Assembly (NCBI GenBank): GCA_021804105.1
Contig: JAJZKP010000001.1
Coordinates: 43,168-107,167 of the forward strand
Length of the DNA stretch: 64,000 nt
Source of the DNA: Candidatus Micrarchaeota archaeon
Lineage (GTDB): Archaea; Micrarchaeota; Micrarchaeia; Micrarchaeales; CABMGC01
Reading direction: 5' to 3'
Shown piece after piece: positions 20,836-29,502 of the stretch. The translations under genes were made by a program, and so were the position numbers. The notes under the pieces are model-generated. The model was given only the letters and a program-made list of their open reading frames with translations. It made no database searches and was not told the origin of the DNA. How positions within the stretch are numbered: the first letter of the stretch is position 1; every line of letters starts with the position of its first letter.

Positions 20836-21756
20836 TCATACAATAAGCGATTTTATGAGATCGCGTGTCTTCTCTGCAGACAGTCTCAGGGCATCTAGCT
20901 CGGGCCCTGATATCTTGAATTCGAGTATTTTCTCCACGCCCTTCTTTCCGAGGATCAGAGGCACGCCTATGAAAACGTCGTTTATCCCGTATTCCCCTTC
21001 AAGGTATGCGGAGCAGGGCAGTATCTCCTTCTTGTCAAGTGTCACTGAAGCCACCATCTGGGCAAGGGCCGATGCGGGAGCGTAGAAAGCGCTTGATTTC
21101 TCAAGCTTGATTATTTCTGCACCACCATCCCTTGTGCGCTTTACAAGTGCATCGAGGTCATTTGCAGGTACTAGGTCATCTACCGATTCTTCCCCGATCC
21201 TGGTATGCTGTATAGATGGGACCATAAGGTCCCCATGGCTTCCGAGCACCAGCGCGCCGACGCTCTTAACGCTGACCTTAAGATATTGAGATATGAAAGA
21301 CCTAAAACGCGCGGAGTCCAATATGCCTGCCTGGCCCACAACCCTTTGTTTTGGGAATCCGCTCGCCTTCATTGCCACATATGCCATTGGGTCAAGTGGA
21401 TTTGTAAGCACTATTATTATCGAGTCCGGGGCGTATTGTTTTGTTGCTTCAGCCGCAGACTTAACTATTGCCGCGTTTGTATTAAGAAGGTCATCCCTCG
21501 ACATGCCTTCCTTCCTCTGTGCACCGGCAGTTATTACAACAACATCGCTGTCCTCAATGTCCTTGTAGTCTCCCGTGCCGGAAACCTCAGAATCAAATCC
21601 CTCAACCGGGGCGCTCTCCATTATATCTAGAGCTATGCCCTTGGCTGTGTCTGCAGTCCTGTTCCAGAGAACAACGTCACACAAATCTTTGTAAGCAAGG
21701 AGCTGTGCAAGCGTAGATCCTACCCTGCCAGCGCCTATTATCGATACCTTTGCCAT
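20836..21756 (-). CDS. mdh: malate dehydrogenase (LDH-like MDH family)
   Basis: 306 aa. The NAD-binding N-terminus is KVSIIGAGRVGS, and catalytic-region blocks ITAGAQRKEGMSRDDLL and GSHGD are present. Confidence 0.9.
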   Translation of the reverse strand: MAKVSIIGAGRVGSTLAQLLAYKDLCDVVLWNRTADTAKGIALDIMESAPVEGFDSEVSGTGDYKDIEDSDVVVITAGAQRKEGMSRDDLLNTNAAIVKSAAEATKQYAPDSIIIVLTNPLDPMAYVAMKASGFPKQRVVGQAGILDSARFRSFISQYLKVSVKSVGALVLGSHGDLMVPSIQHTRIGEESVDDLVPANDLDALVKRTRDGGAEIIKLEKSSAFYAPASALAQMVASVTLDKKEILPCSAYLEGEYGINDVFIGVPLILGKKGVEKILEFKISGPELDALRLSAEKTRDLIKSLIV

Positions 21757-24555
21757 TTACTCCCTTGTTAAGAATTTAGCCGCAACATATCTTAATATCC
21801 CCCCGGCTTTATAATACTCGAGTTCCATTCGCGTGTCTATCCTGCTCTCCACCTCCGCAGATCTCTGCCTGCCTGTGCCCTTATCAATGAATCTCATGGT
21901 AAGCTTGCCCCCTGGAGCCATATCAGCAGGTATGTCTATGTCTATGCTCTTCGAGAAGTCAATGCCCAGGGTCTTGGCATTCTCGCCTCTCGAGAACTGC
22001 AGGGGCAGCACGCCCATGCCTATCAGGTTGCTCTTATGTATCCTTTCATAGCTTTCTGCTATTATGGCGCGCACTCCCAGCAGCAGCGGTCCCTTCGCAG
22101 CCCAATCCCTAGAGCTTCCGGATCCGTATTCCTTTCCCGCAATTACCACAAGCGGAATCCCCTCGGCAGAGTATCTCATCGCGGCGTCATATATCGGCAT
22201 CACCTCCCCATCAGGGTAGTGTGCAGTGAATCCTCCTTCCTTTCCATTCGCGAGCTCGTTTACAAGTCTATTGTTGGCAAACGTGCCACGCATCATCACT
22301 TCGTGATTGCCCCTCCTCGATCCGTAGGTGTTGAAGTCAGCGGGCCTGACCCCCAGCGATGAGAGGTATTTTCCGGCAGGGCTATCCACACCAATCGCGC
22401 CAGCAGGGGAAATGTGGTCTGTGGATATGGAATCGCCAAGCACAGCAAGCACTCTTGCCCCATTTATGCTCCTCATGCTTCCTACCTCGCCTCCGAAGAA
22501 CGGCGGCAAGGCAATGTAAGTGCTTTTACTGTCCCACCTGAAGAGATTGCCGTCAAACCCGGAAATGCCATTCCAGTATGGGTTCACATCCCATATCCCT
22601 TTCCCATATTCCTTGGCAAACATGCTACTCTCAAGGGCCTTTGACATGGCCTCATCAATCTCCTTGCTGGACGGCCATATGTCCTTAAGATAGACATCAT
22701 TGCCCTGCGGGTCTTTGCCAAGCGACTCATTTACAATGTCCTTGAATACAGTTCCCGCAATGGCAAAGGCTATTAAAAGAAGCGGAGACATCAGGTAATT
22801 GGCGTGCACATCCCTGTGTATCCTTGCAGCATAGTTCCTGTTTCCAGAGAGCACAGCCACAACATCAATGCCGTTCTTGTTTATTGCGTCACTCTGTTTT
22901 TCTATAAGAGGCCCGCTGTTTCCTATGCACGTTATGCATCCGTAACCCACAAGCCCGTACCCGAGGTCCTTGAGGGGTTTGAGCAGGCCTGCCTTATCCA
23001 AGTAGTCTACAACCACCCTGGATCCCGGCCCCAAGCTTGTCTTTACCTTACGCGTGTTGACTTTCAATCCGTGCTCAAGAGCCTTCTTGGCTAGTATGCC
23101 TGCACCTAGCATAACATACGGATTACTTGTATTAGTGCAGCTCGTTATTGACGAGATTACGACATCACCGTCGCTCAGTGTAGTTTCATACCCATCGTCA
23201 TAGGAAATCCTTACAGTATTTATCTTTCTCCTCACCGGACCTTCCGGCGCCTTTGCTTCCTGTACGACAGCTCCTTCAGAGGTCCATCTTGTTGAATCCT
23301 TCACGCTGATCTGGCTCTCCCGGGGCTTGCTCTTCAGTAAGAATGTATCCTCGAAATCCCTGCCTATGCTACTTACTGGGAAAGCTTGTTTTGGCTGGCT
23401 CGGCCCGGACACCGAAGGCTCTATGCTTGTCAGGTCAACCTCCATGACATCGCTAAAATCCACGTTTTTGTAGTCAATATTGAACATTCCCTGAGCCGTG
23501 AAATATTTCCTCACCAAGTCCACCTGATCCTTGCTCCTGCCTGTGAATTCCATGTACCTCAGTGTTTCCTCGTCTACTGGAAACACAGCAACGGTTGCGC
23601 CATACTCTGGGCACATGTTGGAGAGCGTAGCGCGATCTGGCAAGGAGAGCGAGCCTACCCCATCACCGAAGAACTCTATGAACATGTTGACAACCCCCTT
23701 CTCCCGTAATAACCGTGTCATTGTCAGCGCAAAGTCAGTTGCCGTGACCCCTTCCCTTAGCCTGCCTGAAAGTTTCACCCCAAGGACCTTTGGCATTATC
23801 AACGGAACCGGCTCACCCAGCAGTGCAGCCTCGGCCTCTATGCCGCCAACCCCGAACCCCACTACCCCAAGCGCGTCTATCATGGTGGTGTGCGAATCCG
23901 TGCCTACAAGAGTATCTGGAATAGCAAGATCCCCCGAAGATGTTTTTCTCACGGTAACGCATGTTGCCAGATATTCCAGATTAACCTGATGGCAAATGCC
24001 AGCAGAGGGCGGGAAAACCCTGAAAGCATCAAATGCCTGCTGGGCCCATTTCAGCAATTGATATCTCTCCCTGTTCCTTTCTATCTCCTTTTCCTGGTTT
24101 ATCGAGAGCGCATCGGCGACGTTGAAGGCGTCTACCTGTACTGAATGGTCTATAACCAGATCTGTAGGTATGACAGGCTCTATCTTATCAACATCAATGC
24201 CCCTCTCTGCAAGATATTGCCTCATGGCTGCAAGGTCAACCACCGCAGGCACTCCTGTAAAATCCTGCATGAGCACACGAGATATCCTGAAGGGGATTTC
24301 ACGCTCTTCAGGAGCAGCAGCATTCCATGTCGCAAGAGCACGTACGTCTTCCTCCGTTATCGCCTTGCCATCAAGGCTCCTCGCAAGCGATTCAAGAACT
24401 ATGCGCAATGAGTATGGCAGCCTGCCCACATTGCCAAACCCCTTCCTCTCCAGCTCCGGAAGCGAGAAATACAAAACACTGCGTCCGCCACCAAGGTCTA
24501 GGCTTTTTAGTATCCCCACCAAGTCAGCTATCTTATCCCCAGCATCCATACTCAT
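21757..24555 (-). CDS. acnA: aconitate hydratase (AcnA/IRP type)
   Basis: 932 aa. Fe-S cluster ligand blocks are VGTDSHTTM, SCTNTSNP and GCITCIGNSG. The swivel domain has GKEYGSGSSRDWAAKG. Its stop directly abuts the mdh start. Confidence 0.95.
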   Translation of the reverse strand: MSMDAGDKIADLVGILKSLDLGGGRSVLYFSLPELERKGFGNVGRLPYSLRIVLESLARSLDGKAITEEDVRALATWNAAAPEEREIPFRISRVLMQDFTGVPAVVDLAAMRQYLAERGIDVDKIEPVIPTDLVIDHSVQVDAFNVADALSINQEKEIERNRERYQLLKWAQQAFDAFRVFPPSAGICHQVNLEYLATCVTVRKTSSGDLAIPDTLVGTDSHTTMIDALGVVGFGVGGIEAEAALLGEPVPLIMPKVLGVKLSGRLREGVTATDFALTMTRLLREKGVVNMFIEFFGDGVGSLSLPDRATLSNMCPEYGATVAVFPVDEETLRYMEFTGRSKDQVDLVRKYFTAQGMFNIDYKNVDFSDVMEVDLTSIEPSVSGPSQPKQAFPVSSIGRDFEDTFLLKSKPRESQISVKDSTRWTSEGAVVQEAKAPEGPVRRKINTVRISYDDGYETTLSDGDVVISSITSCTNTSNPYVMLGAGILAKKALEHGLKVNTRKVKTSLGPGSRVVVDYLDKAGLLKPLKDLGYGLVGYGCITCIGNSGPLIEKQSDAINKNGIDVVAVLSGNRNYAARIHRDVHANYLMSPLLLIAFAIAGTVFKDIVNESLGKDPQGNDVYLKDIWPSSKEIDEAMSKALESSMFAKEYGKGIWDVNPYWNGISGFDGNLFRWDSKSTYIALPPFFGGEVGSMRSINGARVLAVLGDSISTDHISPAGAIGVDSPAGKYLSSLGVRPADFNTYGSRRGNHEVMMRGTFANNRLVNELANGKEGGFTAHYPDGEVMPIYDAAMRYSAEGIPLVVIAGKEYGSGSSRDWAAKGPLLLGVRAIIAESYERIHKSNLIGMGVLPLQFSRGENAKTLGIDFSKSIDIDIPADMAPGGKLTMRFIDKGTGRQRSAEVESRIDTRMELEYYKAGGILRYVAAKFLTRE

Positions 24556-24695
24556 AATAAAATGTATAGTAATAAATTCGTTGCCGTGCCTGAAGACGCA
24601 CTTTTTATCCTGCGACCACGCGCATTTCCAGAAAAATTACTGAGCTCCGCTAAAGGCTTAATAACATGAGCGTCCCATACGGGTCTGGTGGCAAT

Positions 24696-25844
24696 ATGGC
24701 TGACGAACATGTAATAAACAAAGGCCTTGAGGGAGTCTATTTCACTGAATCTGCAATATGCAAAGTTGATGGCCAGGCTGGAAAGCTTTACTACCGCGGC
24801 TATTCTATAGAGGAACTGAGCAAGAACTCCAATTTTTCAGAGGTGGCCTTCCTCCTTCTCCATGGCAGGCTCCCGAACAGCAGGGAAATGCTCGAATTCA
24901 ATCAATCCATGGCCAAAGAGCGCGGCCTGCCCGAGGGAATGGTAAGCTACATAAAAGAAAACGCCCAGAAAATGCACCCCATGGACGTGCTCCGCACATG
25001 CGTTTCCATGCTGCCTGCATATGATACCGAGGCATACGATAGCTCTCCTGAAGCCAATTTCAGGAAGAGCGTGCGCATAATATCCAAGAGCGCAAGCATC
25101 GTTGCCGCGATCGGCAGGGCACGGGCAAACAAGAATTATGTGGCCCCCGATCCGTCGCTGGGACACGCGGAGAACTTCCTGTACATGCTGAACGGAGAGA
25201 AACCAAGGCCTGAAATGGTTAAGATACTAGACATAATGCTCATACTGCATGCTGAGCACAGCTCAAACGCGTCAACCTTCGGTGTGATAGTTGCAGGCTC
25301 CACCCTTGCGGATCTCTATGCTGCAATTACCGCAGGAGTAGCTGTGCTCAAGGGGCCCCTACACGGCGGCGCCGACGAAGCAGCATTGTCAATGATGTAC
25401 AGCATCGGCAAGCCTGAGAACACTGAGAAATATATAGAAGATGCACTTGCAGGCAAGCAGAAGATAATGGGCTTCGGGCATCGCGTATACAAGACATACG
25501 ACCCCAGGGCCAGGATAGTCAGGGACTACCTCGAATCGCTCCAGGCAAACAATTCCGATGAGCTCAAGACACTCTCCCAGATAGCCGTGCGTGCAGAGAA
25601 GCTAATGATAGACAAGCTCGGGGCATCGAAAGGCATATGGCCCAACATAGACTTCTTTTCCGGTCCCGTATACATTTCCATAGGCATACCAAAGGAGCTC
25701 TTCACCCCGCTCTTTGCTGTGGCAAGGACCTCGGGCTGGTGCGCGCATATGCTCGAATACTGGCAGAATAACAGGCTGCTGAGGCCCCTTGAGCAGTACA
25801 CAGGTCAGCTCGACCTTCCATATGTCGAGATAGGCAAGCGTTGA
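24696..25844 (+). CDS. gltA: citrate synthase
   Basis: Conserved blocks are YRGYSIEEL, LILHAEH, GPLHGGA and MGFGHRVYKTYDPR. I use the ATG at 24696; the tracked start is 24666. Confidence 0.95.
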   Translation: MADEHVINKGLEGVYFTESAICKVDGQAGKLYYRGYSIEELSKNSNFSEVAFLLLHGRLPNSREMLEFNQSMAKERGLPEGMVSYIKENAQKMHPMDVLRTCVSMLPAYDTEAYDSSPEANFRKSVRIISKSASIVAAIGRARANKNYVAPDPSLGHAENFLYMLNGEKPRPEMVKILDIMLILHAEHSSNASTFGVIVAGSTLADLYAAITAGVAVLKGPLHGGADEAALSMMYSIGKPENTEKYIEDALAGKQKIMGFGHRVYKTYDPRARIVRDYLESLQANNSDELKTLSQIAVRAEKLMIDKLGASKGIWPNIDFFSGPVYISIGIPKELFTPLFAVARTSGWCAHMLEYWQNNRLLRPLEQYTGQLDLPYVEIGKR

Positions 25845-27029
25845 CTATTCTTTAATATAATCCACAACTGCGTCTGCGAATTCAGATGTGCCTAAGGGCC
25901 TGGCATGCAAACCAGCAGCAAGGTCCTTTGTTACTTTCCTTGCCTTTATTGCCTTCTCAACCGCATTCCAGATTGTGTAGCCAGCCTCCTTCCAGCCTAT
26001 ATACTCAAGCATAAGTTTTCCTGCAGAAATCGCGCCCATCGGGTTGGCAACATTCATGCCTGCATACTTAGGCGCAGTTCCATGAACCGGCTCGAACATG
26101 GCGCTTGAGTCTCCTGCGTCAATGCTTCCGAGCACTCCTATGTTGCCTATCAGAGCCCCGGCCGCATCGGATATGTAGTCGCCATTTACGTTGGGTGCAA
26201 GTATTATGTCATATGCTTCTGGCTTGAGGATTATCTGCTGCAGCAGGTTGTCCGCTATCCTGTCCTTGATGAGTATCCTGCCTTTCGGGACAACACCCCT
26301 ATGCCTTTTCAAGACCTCTTCCTCGGTCACTACTTTGCCCTTGTAAAACTTCGCCGCTGTCTCATAGGCCCATTCCCTGAACGCGCCTTCGGTGTACTTC
26401 ATTATGTTGCCCTTGTGCATTATCGTTATCGATTTCCTTTTATTCATTATGGCGTAATCAATAGCTGCCTTGGTTATCCTTACTGTCTTGGCCTTGCTTA
26501 TCTGCTTTATCCCCAGGCCTGCGTCGCCCTCCAGCTCTACGCCAAGTGACTTGCGAACCATCTCCCTTAACTTGGCCGCCTCAGCGCTCTTGTATTGCCA
26601 CTCTATTCCCGTGTACAGATCATCCGTGTTTTCGCGGAATATTACCATATCCACGCCTTTCGGATCCGCGAGCGGGCTTGGCACCCCATCAAGGTGTTTT
26701 ACAGGGCGTATATTTGCATAGAGGTCCAGCGCCACTCTCAGAAACACATTTATCGACCTGAAGCCGCTGCCCACTGGGGTTTCAACAGGCCCCTTGAAGA
26801 GCATACCTGCTTCCTTTATGTGTCTTACCGAGGTATCTGGAATCCTTTTCCCGAACCTTCTCATCGCCTTGCTGCCTATGTATACCTCCTCCCACAACAC
26901 TTTCCTCTTCCCGCGGTATGCCTTCTCGACACCTGCATCTATTACCCGTCTTGCCGCATCAATCACTTCAGGCCCAACTCCGTCACCCTCGGCAAACAGT
27001 ATGCGCTTTGTAAGTATCCCACCTTGCAT
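25845..27029 (-). CDS. icd: isocitrate dehydrogenase (NADP-type, prokaryotic homodimeric)
   Basis: 394 aa. Blocks are SINVFLRVALDLYANIRP, NGDYISDAAGALIG and HGTAPKYAG. Its stop codon abuts the gltA stop, so the two genes converge with 0 nt between them. Confidence 0.95.
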   Translation of the reverse strand: MQGGILTKRILFAEGDGVGPEVIDAARRVIDAGVEKAYRGKRKVLWEEVYIGSKAMRRFGKRIPDTSVRHIKEAGMLFKGPVETPVGSGFRSINVFLRVALDLYANIRPVKHLDGVPSPLADPKGVDMVIFRENTDDLYTGIEWQYKSAEAAKLREMVRKSLGVELEGDAGLGIKQISKAKTVRITKAAIDYAIMNKRKSITIMHKGNIMKYTEGAFREWAYETAAKFYKGKVVTEEEVLKRHRGVVPKGRILIKDRIADNLLQQIILKPEAYDIILAPNVNGDYISDAAGALIGNIGVLGSIDAGDSSAMFEPVHGTAPKYAGMNVANPMGAISAGKLMLEYIGWKEAGYTIWNAVEKAIKARKVTKDLAAGLHARPLGTSEFADAVVDYIKE

Positions 27030-27087
27030 GATACTATTTGCAAAAGTAAAGTCTTATAACCTTTCAACAAATCTATATTCTGAGATA

Positions 27088-27978
27088 ATGGTGTGGCACA
27101 GGAGAAATATGCATGCCCAGTCGGCCATAGAGTACCTTGCCACCTACGGATGGGCTATTCTCATACTGGCAATTGCCTTGGGCGTCCTTTATTTCCTTGG
27201 AGTATTCAATTCTAATGCCTATACAGCAAAAGCGTCTCCATATTCGTGCACCGTTTCAAGGCCTTACGGACCTAATTCTACTGCGTACATGACATTAAGT
27301 GGCGTATGCGATAACGAAGTACCTGAATACGTGGCAAAGTTCAACGGATACACAAGTTCTATTAATATGGGAAACGGTTTCGGTAGCAGGCCTGCTGCAA
27401 TTTCTGTAACTTTGTGGATATATCCTTCAAACGTACCGCCAGGAGAAGAACTTCCTTTTACTGATGAATGGGCGCAACAGGTATCCTGGGGCAATTCTGG
27501 TTGTTCAGGGGGTGGTGGCTGCATTGGTGGGACAACAAACGGCGGAGATTGGATATATGACCCGATAGGTCTTCCTACTGGCAAATGGTATTTCATTGCA
27601 TTGACTGGTTCAAATTCAATCGGTGACATACTTTATATAAATGGCATAGAGGTTGCATCAAACACCCTCGGTACTGTAACTAGCGGAGGCAGCAGCATCT
27701 GGATGGGTAGTACGGGTGAGGCAAACGGCGGTGCCGGATGCTGCAACTATGCTTATTATGGTGACATATCAAATGTCCAGATCTACAACATCTCGCTTTC
27801 AGCAAACGATATCCACGCACTCTACCTTGAGGGAATCGGCGGCGCTCCGATAGACCTGCCCAACCTTGTCGGCTGGTGGCAGCTTAATGGCAACTCTAAT
27901 GACACTTCCGGGAATCTCAATAACGGCGTTTCTAACAATGTTATTTTCACAAATACGTGGTACAACACGTATTCCTGA
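27088..27978 (+). CDS. secreted protein with an archaeal type IV pilin-like (class III) signal peptide and a LamG/concanavalin-like lectin domain
   Basis: The N-terminus is MVWHRRNMHA|QSAIEYLATYGWAILILAIALGV, the pilin-type QSAIEYL motif. LamG-like blocks are ISVTLWIYPS, GKWYFIALTGS, LYINGIEVAS and YYGDISNVQIYN. The tracked start at 26794 lies inside icd and is rejected. Confidence 0.7.
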   Translation: MVWHRRNMHAQSAIEYLATYGWAILILAIALGVLYFLGVFNSNAYTAKASPYSCTVSRPYGPNSTAYMTLSGVCDNEVPEYVAKFNGYTSSINMGNGFGSRPAAISVTLWIYPSNVPPGEELPFTDEWAQQVSWGNSGCSGGGGCIGGTTNGGDWIYDPIGLPTGKWYFIALTGSNSIGDILYINGIEVASNTLGTVTSGGSSIWMGSTGEANGGAGCCNYAYYGDISNVQIYNISLSANDIHALYLEGIGGAPIDLPNLVGWWQLNGNSNDTSGNLNNGVSNNVIFTNTWYNTYS

Positions 27979-28162
27979 CCTCTACCAGTTCTTATCACAG
28001 TCATTGGCATATATAAGATCAATCAATTCTCATTCACGTTCAAACCATGCCCAAAGAGATTTAGCCACAGCAATGCAATCCAATACTAAGTGCCTTGCAC
28101 GACTACCATAACATATTAATCAATTGCATCAGATTATTACTCAGTCAAGCCCGTGATTGCGA

Positions 28163-29491
28163 ATGTATGGAAAGGAGATAACTAAAATCCTTGATGAGAA
28201 GGGAATAAAGATCTGGGACACGGTACGCATCGAGAAGTCCGGGATATCATACGAAGGCATACTAATGCCCCGCACCGAGGCAGGCGATGAGAATACGCTT
28301 GTGGTAAAGCAGAAAGACGGCTATAATATCGGGATAGGCATAAAGGGCGCCAAAGTCGAGAAGGTCGCGTCTTCAGTTCAGAAGCCAGAGCCTATGCTCC
28401 AAAAAAAGAAGGCCTCACCAGGTCTTTCAAGAGTCTCGCTGCTCTATACTGGCGGTACAATAGGCAACAAAGTCGACTATAAGACTGGAGGGGTTTATGC
28501 ACTGACAAAACCTGAGGAGTTGCTTGAAGAGGTACCGCAGCTTGCCGGCATAGCAAACATAGACCCGCAGAAAATATCCAGCGTTGCCAGCGAAGACATG
28601 GCAGCCAGCAACTGGGCAAAAATAGCAGTTGAATCTGCAAAAGCCTTAAATTCCGGATCCAAAGGGGTCATAATCACGATTGGCACAGATACAATGCATT
28701 ACGCCTCTGCGGCCCTGAGCTTCATGCTTGAAGGCCTTACCGGTCCAGTTGTGCTGACAGGAGCTCAAAGGAGCTCCGACCGCGGCTCGAGCGACGCATT
28801 CCAGAATCTCATCTGCTCTGCCCATATCGCTGCCAAGTCGGACATAGCGGAAGTTGGGATATGCATGCACAGCACAAGCTCCGACGGGAAGTGCAGCTTC
28901 ATCCGCGGCACAAAGGCAAGGAAGATGCACACCTCGCGCAGAGACGCATTCAAGCCTGTGAACTCTAGGGCTATTGCATATGCTGATGTCAATGGAGAAA
29001 TACAGTATACCAGCGGGTATTCGCGAGTAGGGGGAAGCAGCAAGGTTAAAGCGCGAACCGGATTCGATGAGAAGGTCGCACTTGTCAAGGCATACCCAGG
29101 CTCGGATCCCGGAATAATAGATTATTACACAGGAAAAGATTACAAAGGCATAATAATCGAGGGCACGGGCTTGGGTCACGTACCGAATTTCACCGACGAG
29201 AAAGCCAAGTCATGGCTGCCGGAGATAAACGACGCGATAAGCAGCGGGGTGATAGTGGGAATGACCTCGCAGTGCCTCTACGGCAGGGTCAACCCAAACG
29301 TATACAGGACGCTGCGCATGCTTAGCGCTGCAGGCGTGGTGTACTGCGAGGATATGCTTCCAGAGGTCGCATACGTAAAACTCGGTTGGCTCCTTGGCAA
29401 CTTCAAAGCGGACATTGCAAAGGAAAAACTCGGCAAGAACCTCGCGGGGGAAATAACAGGAAGAACATTATACGAAGAATTCATTGATTGA
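28163..29491 (+). CDS. gatD: Glu-tRNA(Gln) amidotransferase subunit D
   Basis: The asparaginase-like core has LLYTGGTIG and ITIGTDTM. The N-terminal AD1 domain is present and the gene is adjacent to gatE. Confidence 0.9.
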   Translation: MYGKEITKILDEKGIKIWDTVRIEKSGISYEGILMPRTEAGDENTLVVKQKDGYNIGIGIKGAKVEKVASSVQKPEPMLQKKKASPGLSRVSLLYTGGTIGNKVDYKTGGVYALTKPEELLEEVPQLAGIANIDPQKISSVASEDMAASNWAKIAVESAKALNSGSKGVIITIGTDTMHYASAALSFMLEGLTGPVVLTGAQRSSDRGSSDAFQNLICSAHIAAKSDIAEVGICMHSTSSDGKCSFIRGTKARKMHTSRRDAFKPVNSRAIAYADVNGEIQYTSGYSRVGGSSKVKARTGFDEKVALVKAYPGSDPGIIDYYTGKDYKGIIIEGTGLGHVPNFTDEKAKSWLPEINDAISSGVIVGMTSQCLYGRVNPNVYRTLRMLSAAGVVYCEDMLPEVAYVKLGWLLGNFKADIAKEKLGKNLAGEITGRTLYEEFID

Positions 29492-29502
29492 GAGGCTACT
29501 TT

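Noticed and set aside
26794-27087. An N-terminal 98-aa extension of the pilin-like/LamG ORF as given in the track.
   Set aside because: The extension overlaps the icd coding region on the opposite strand. The internal ATG at 27088 gives a textbook class III signal peptide.
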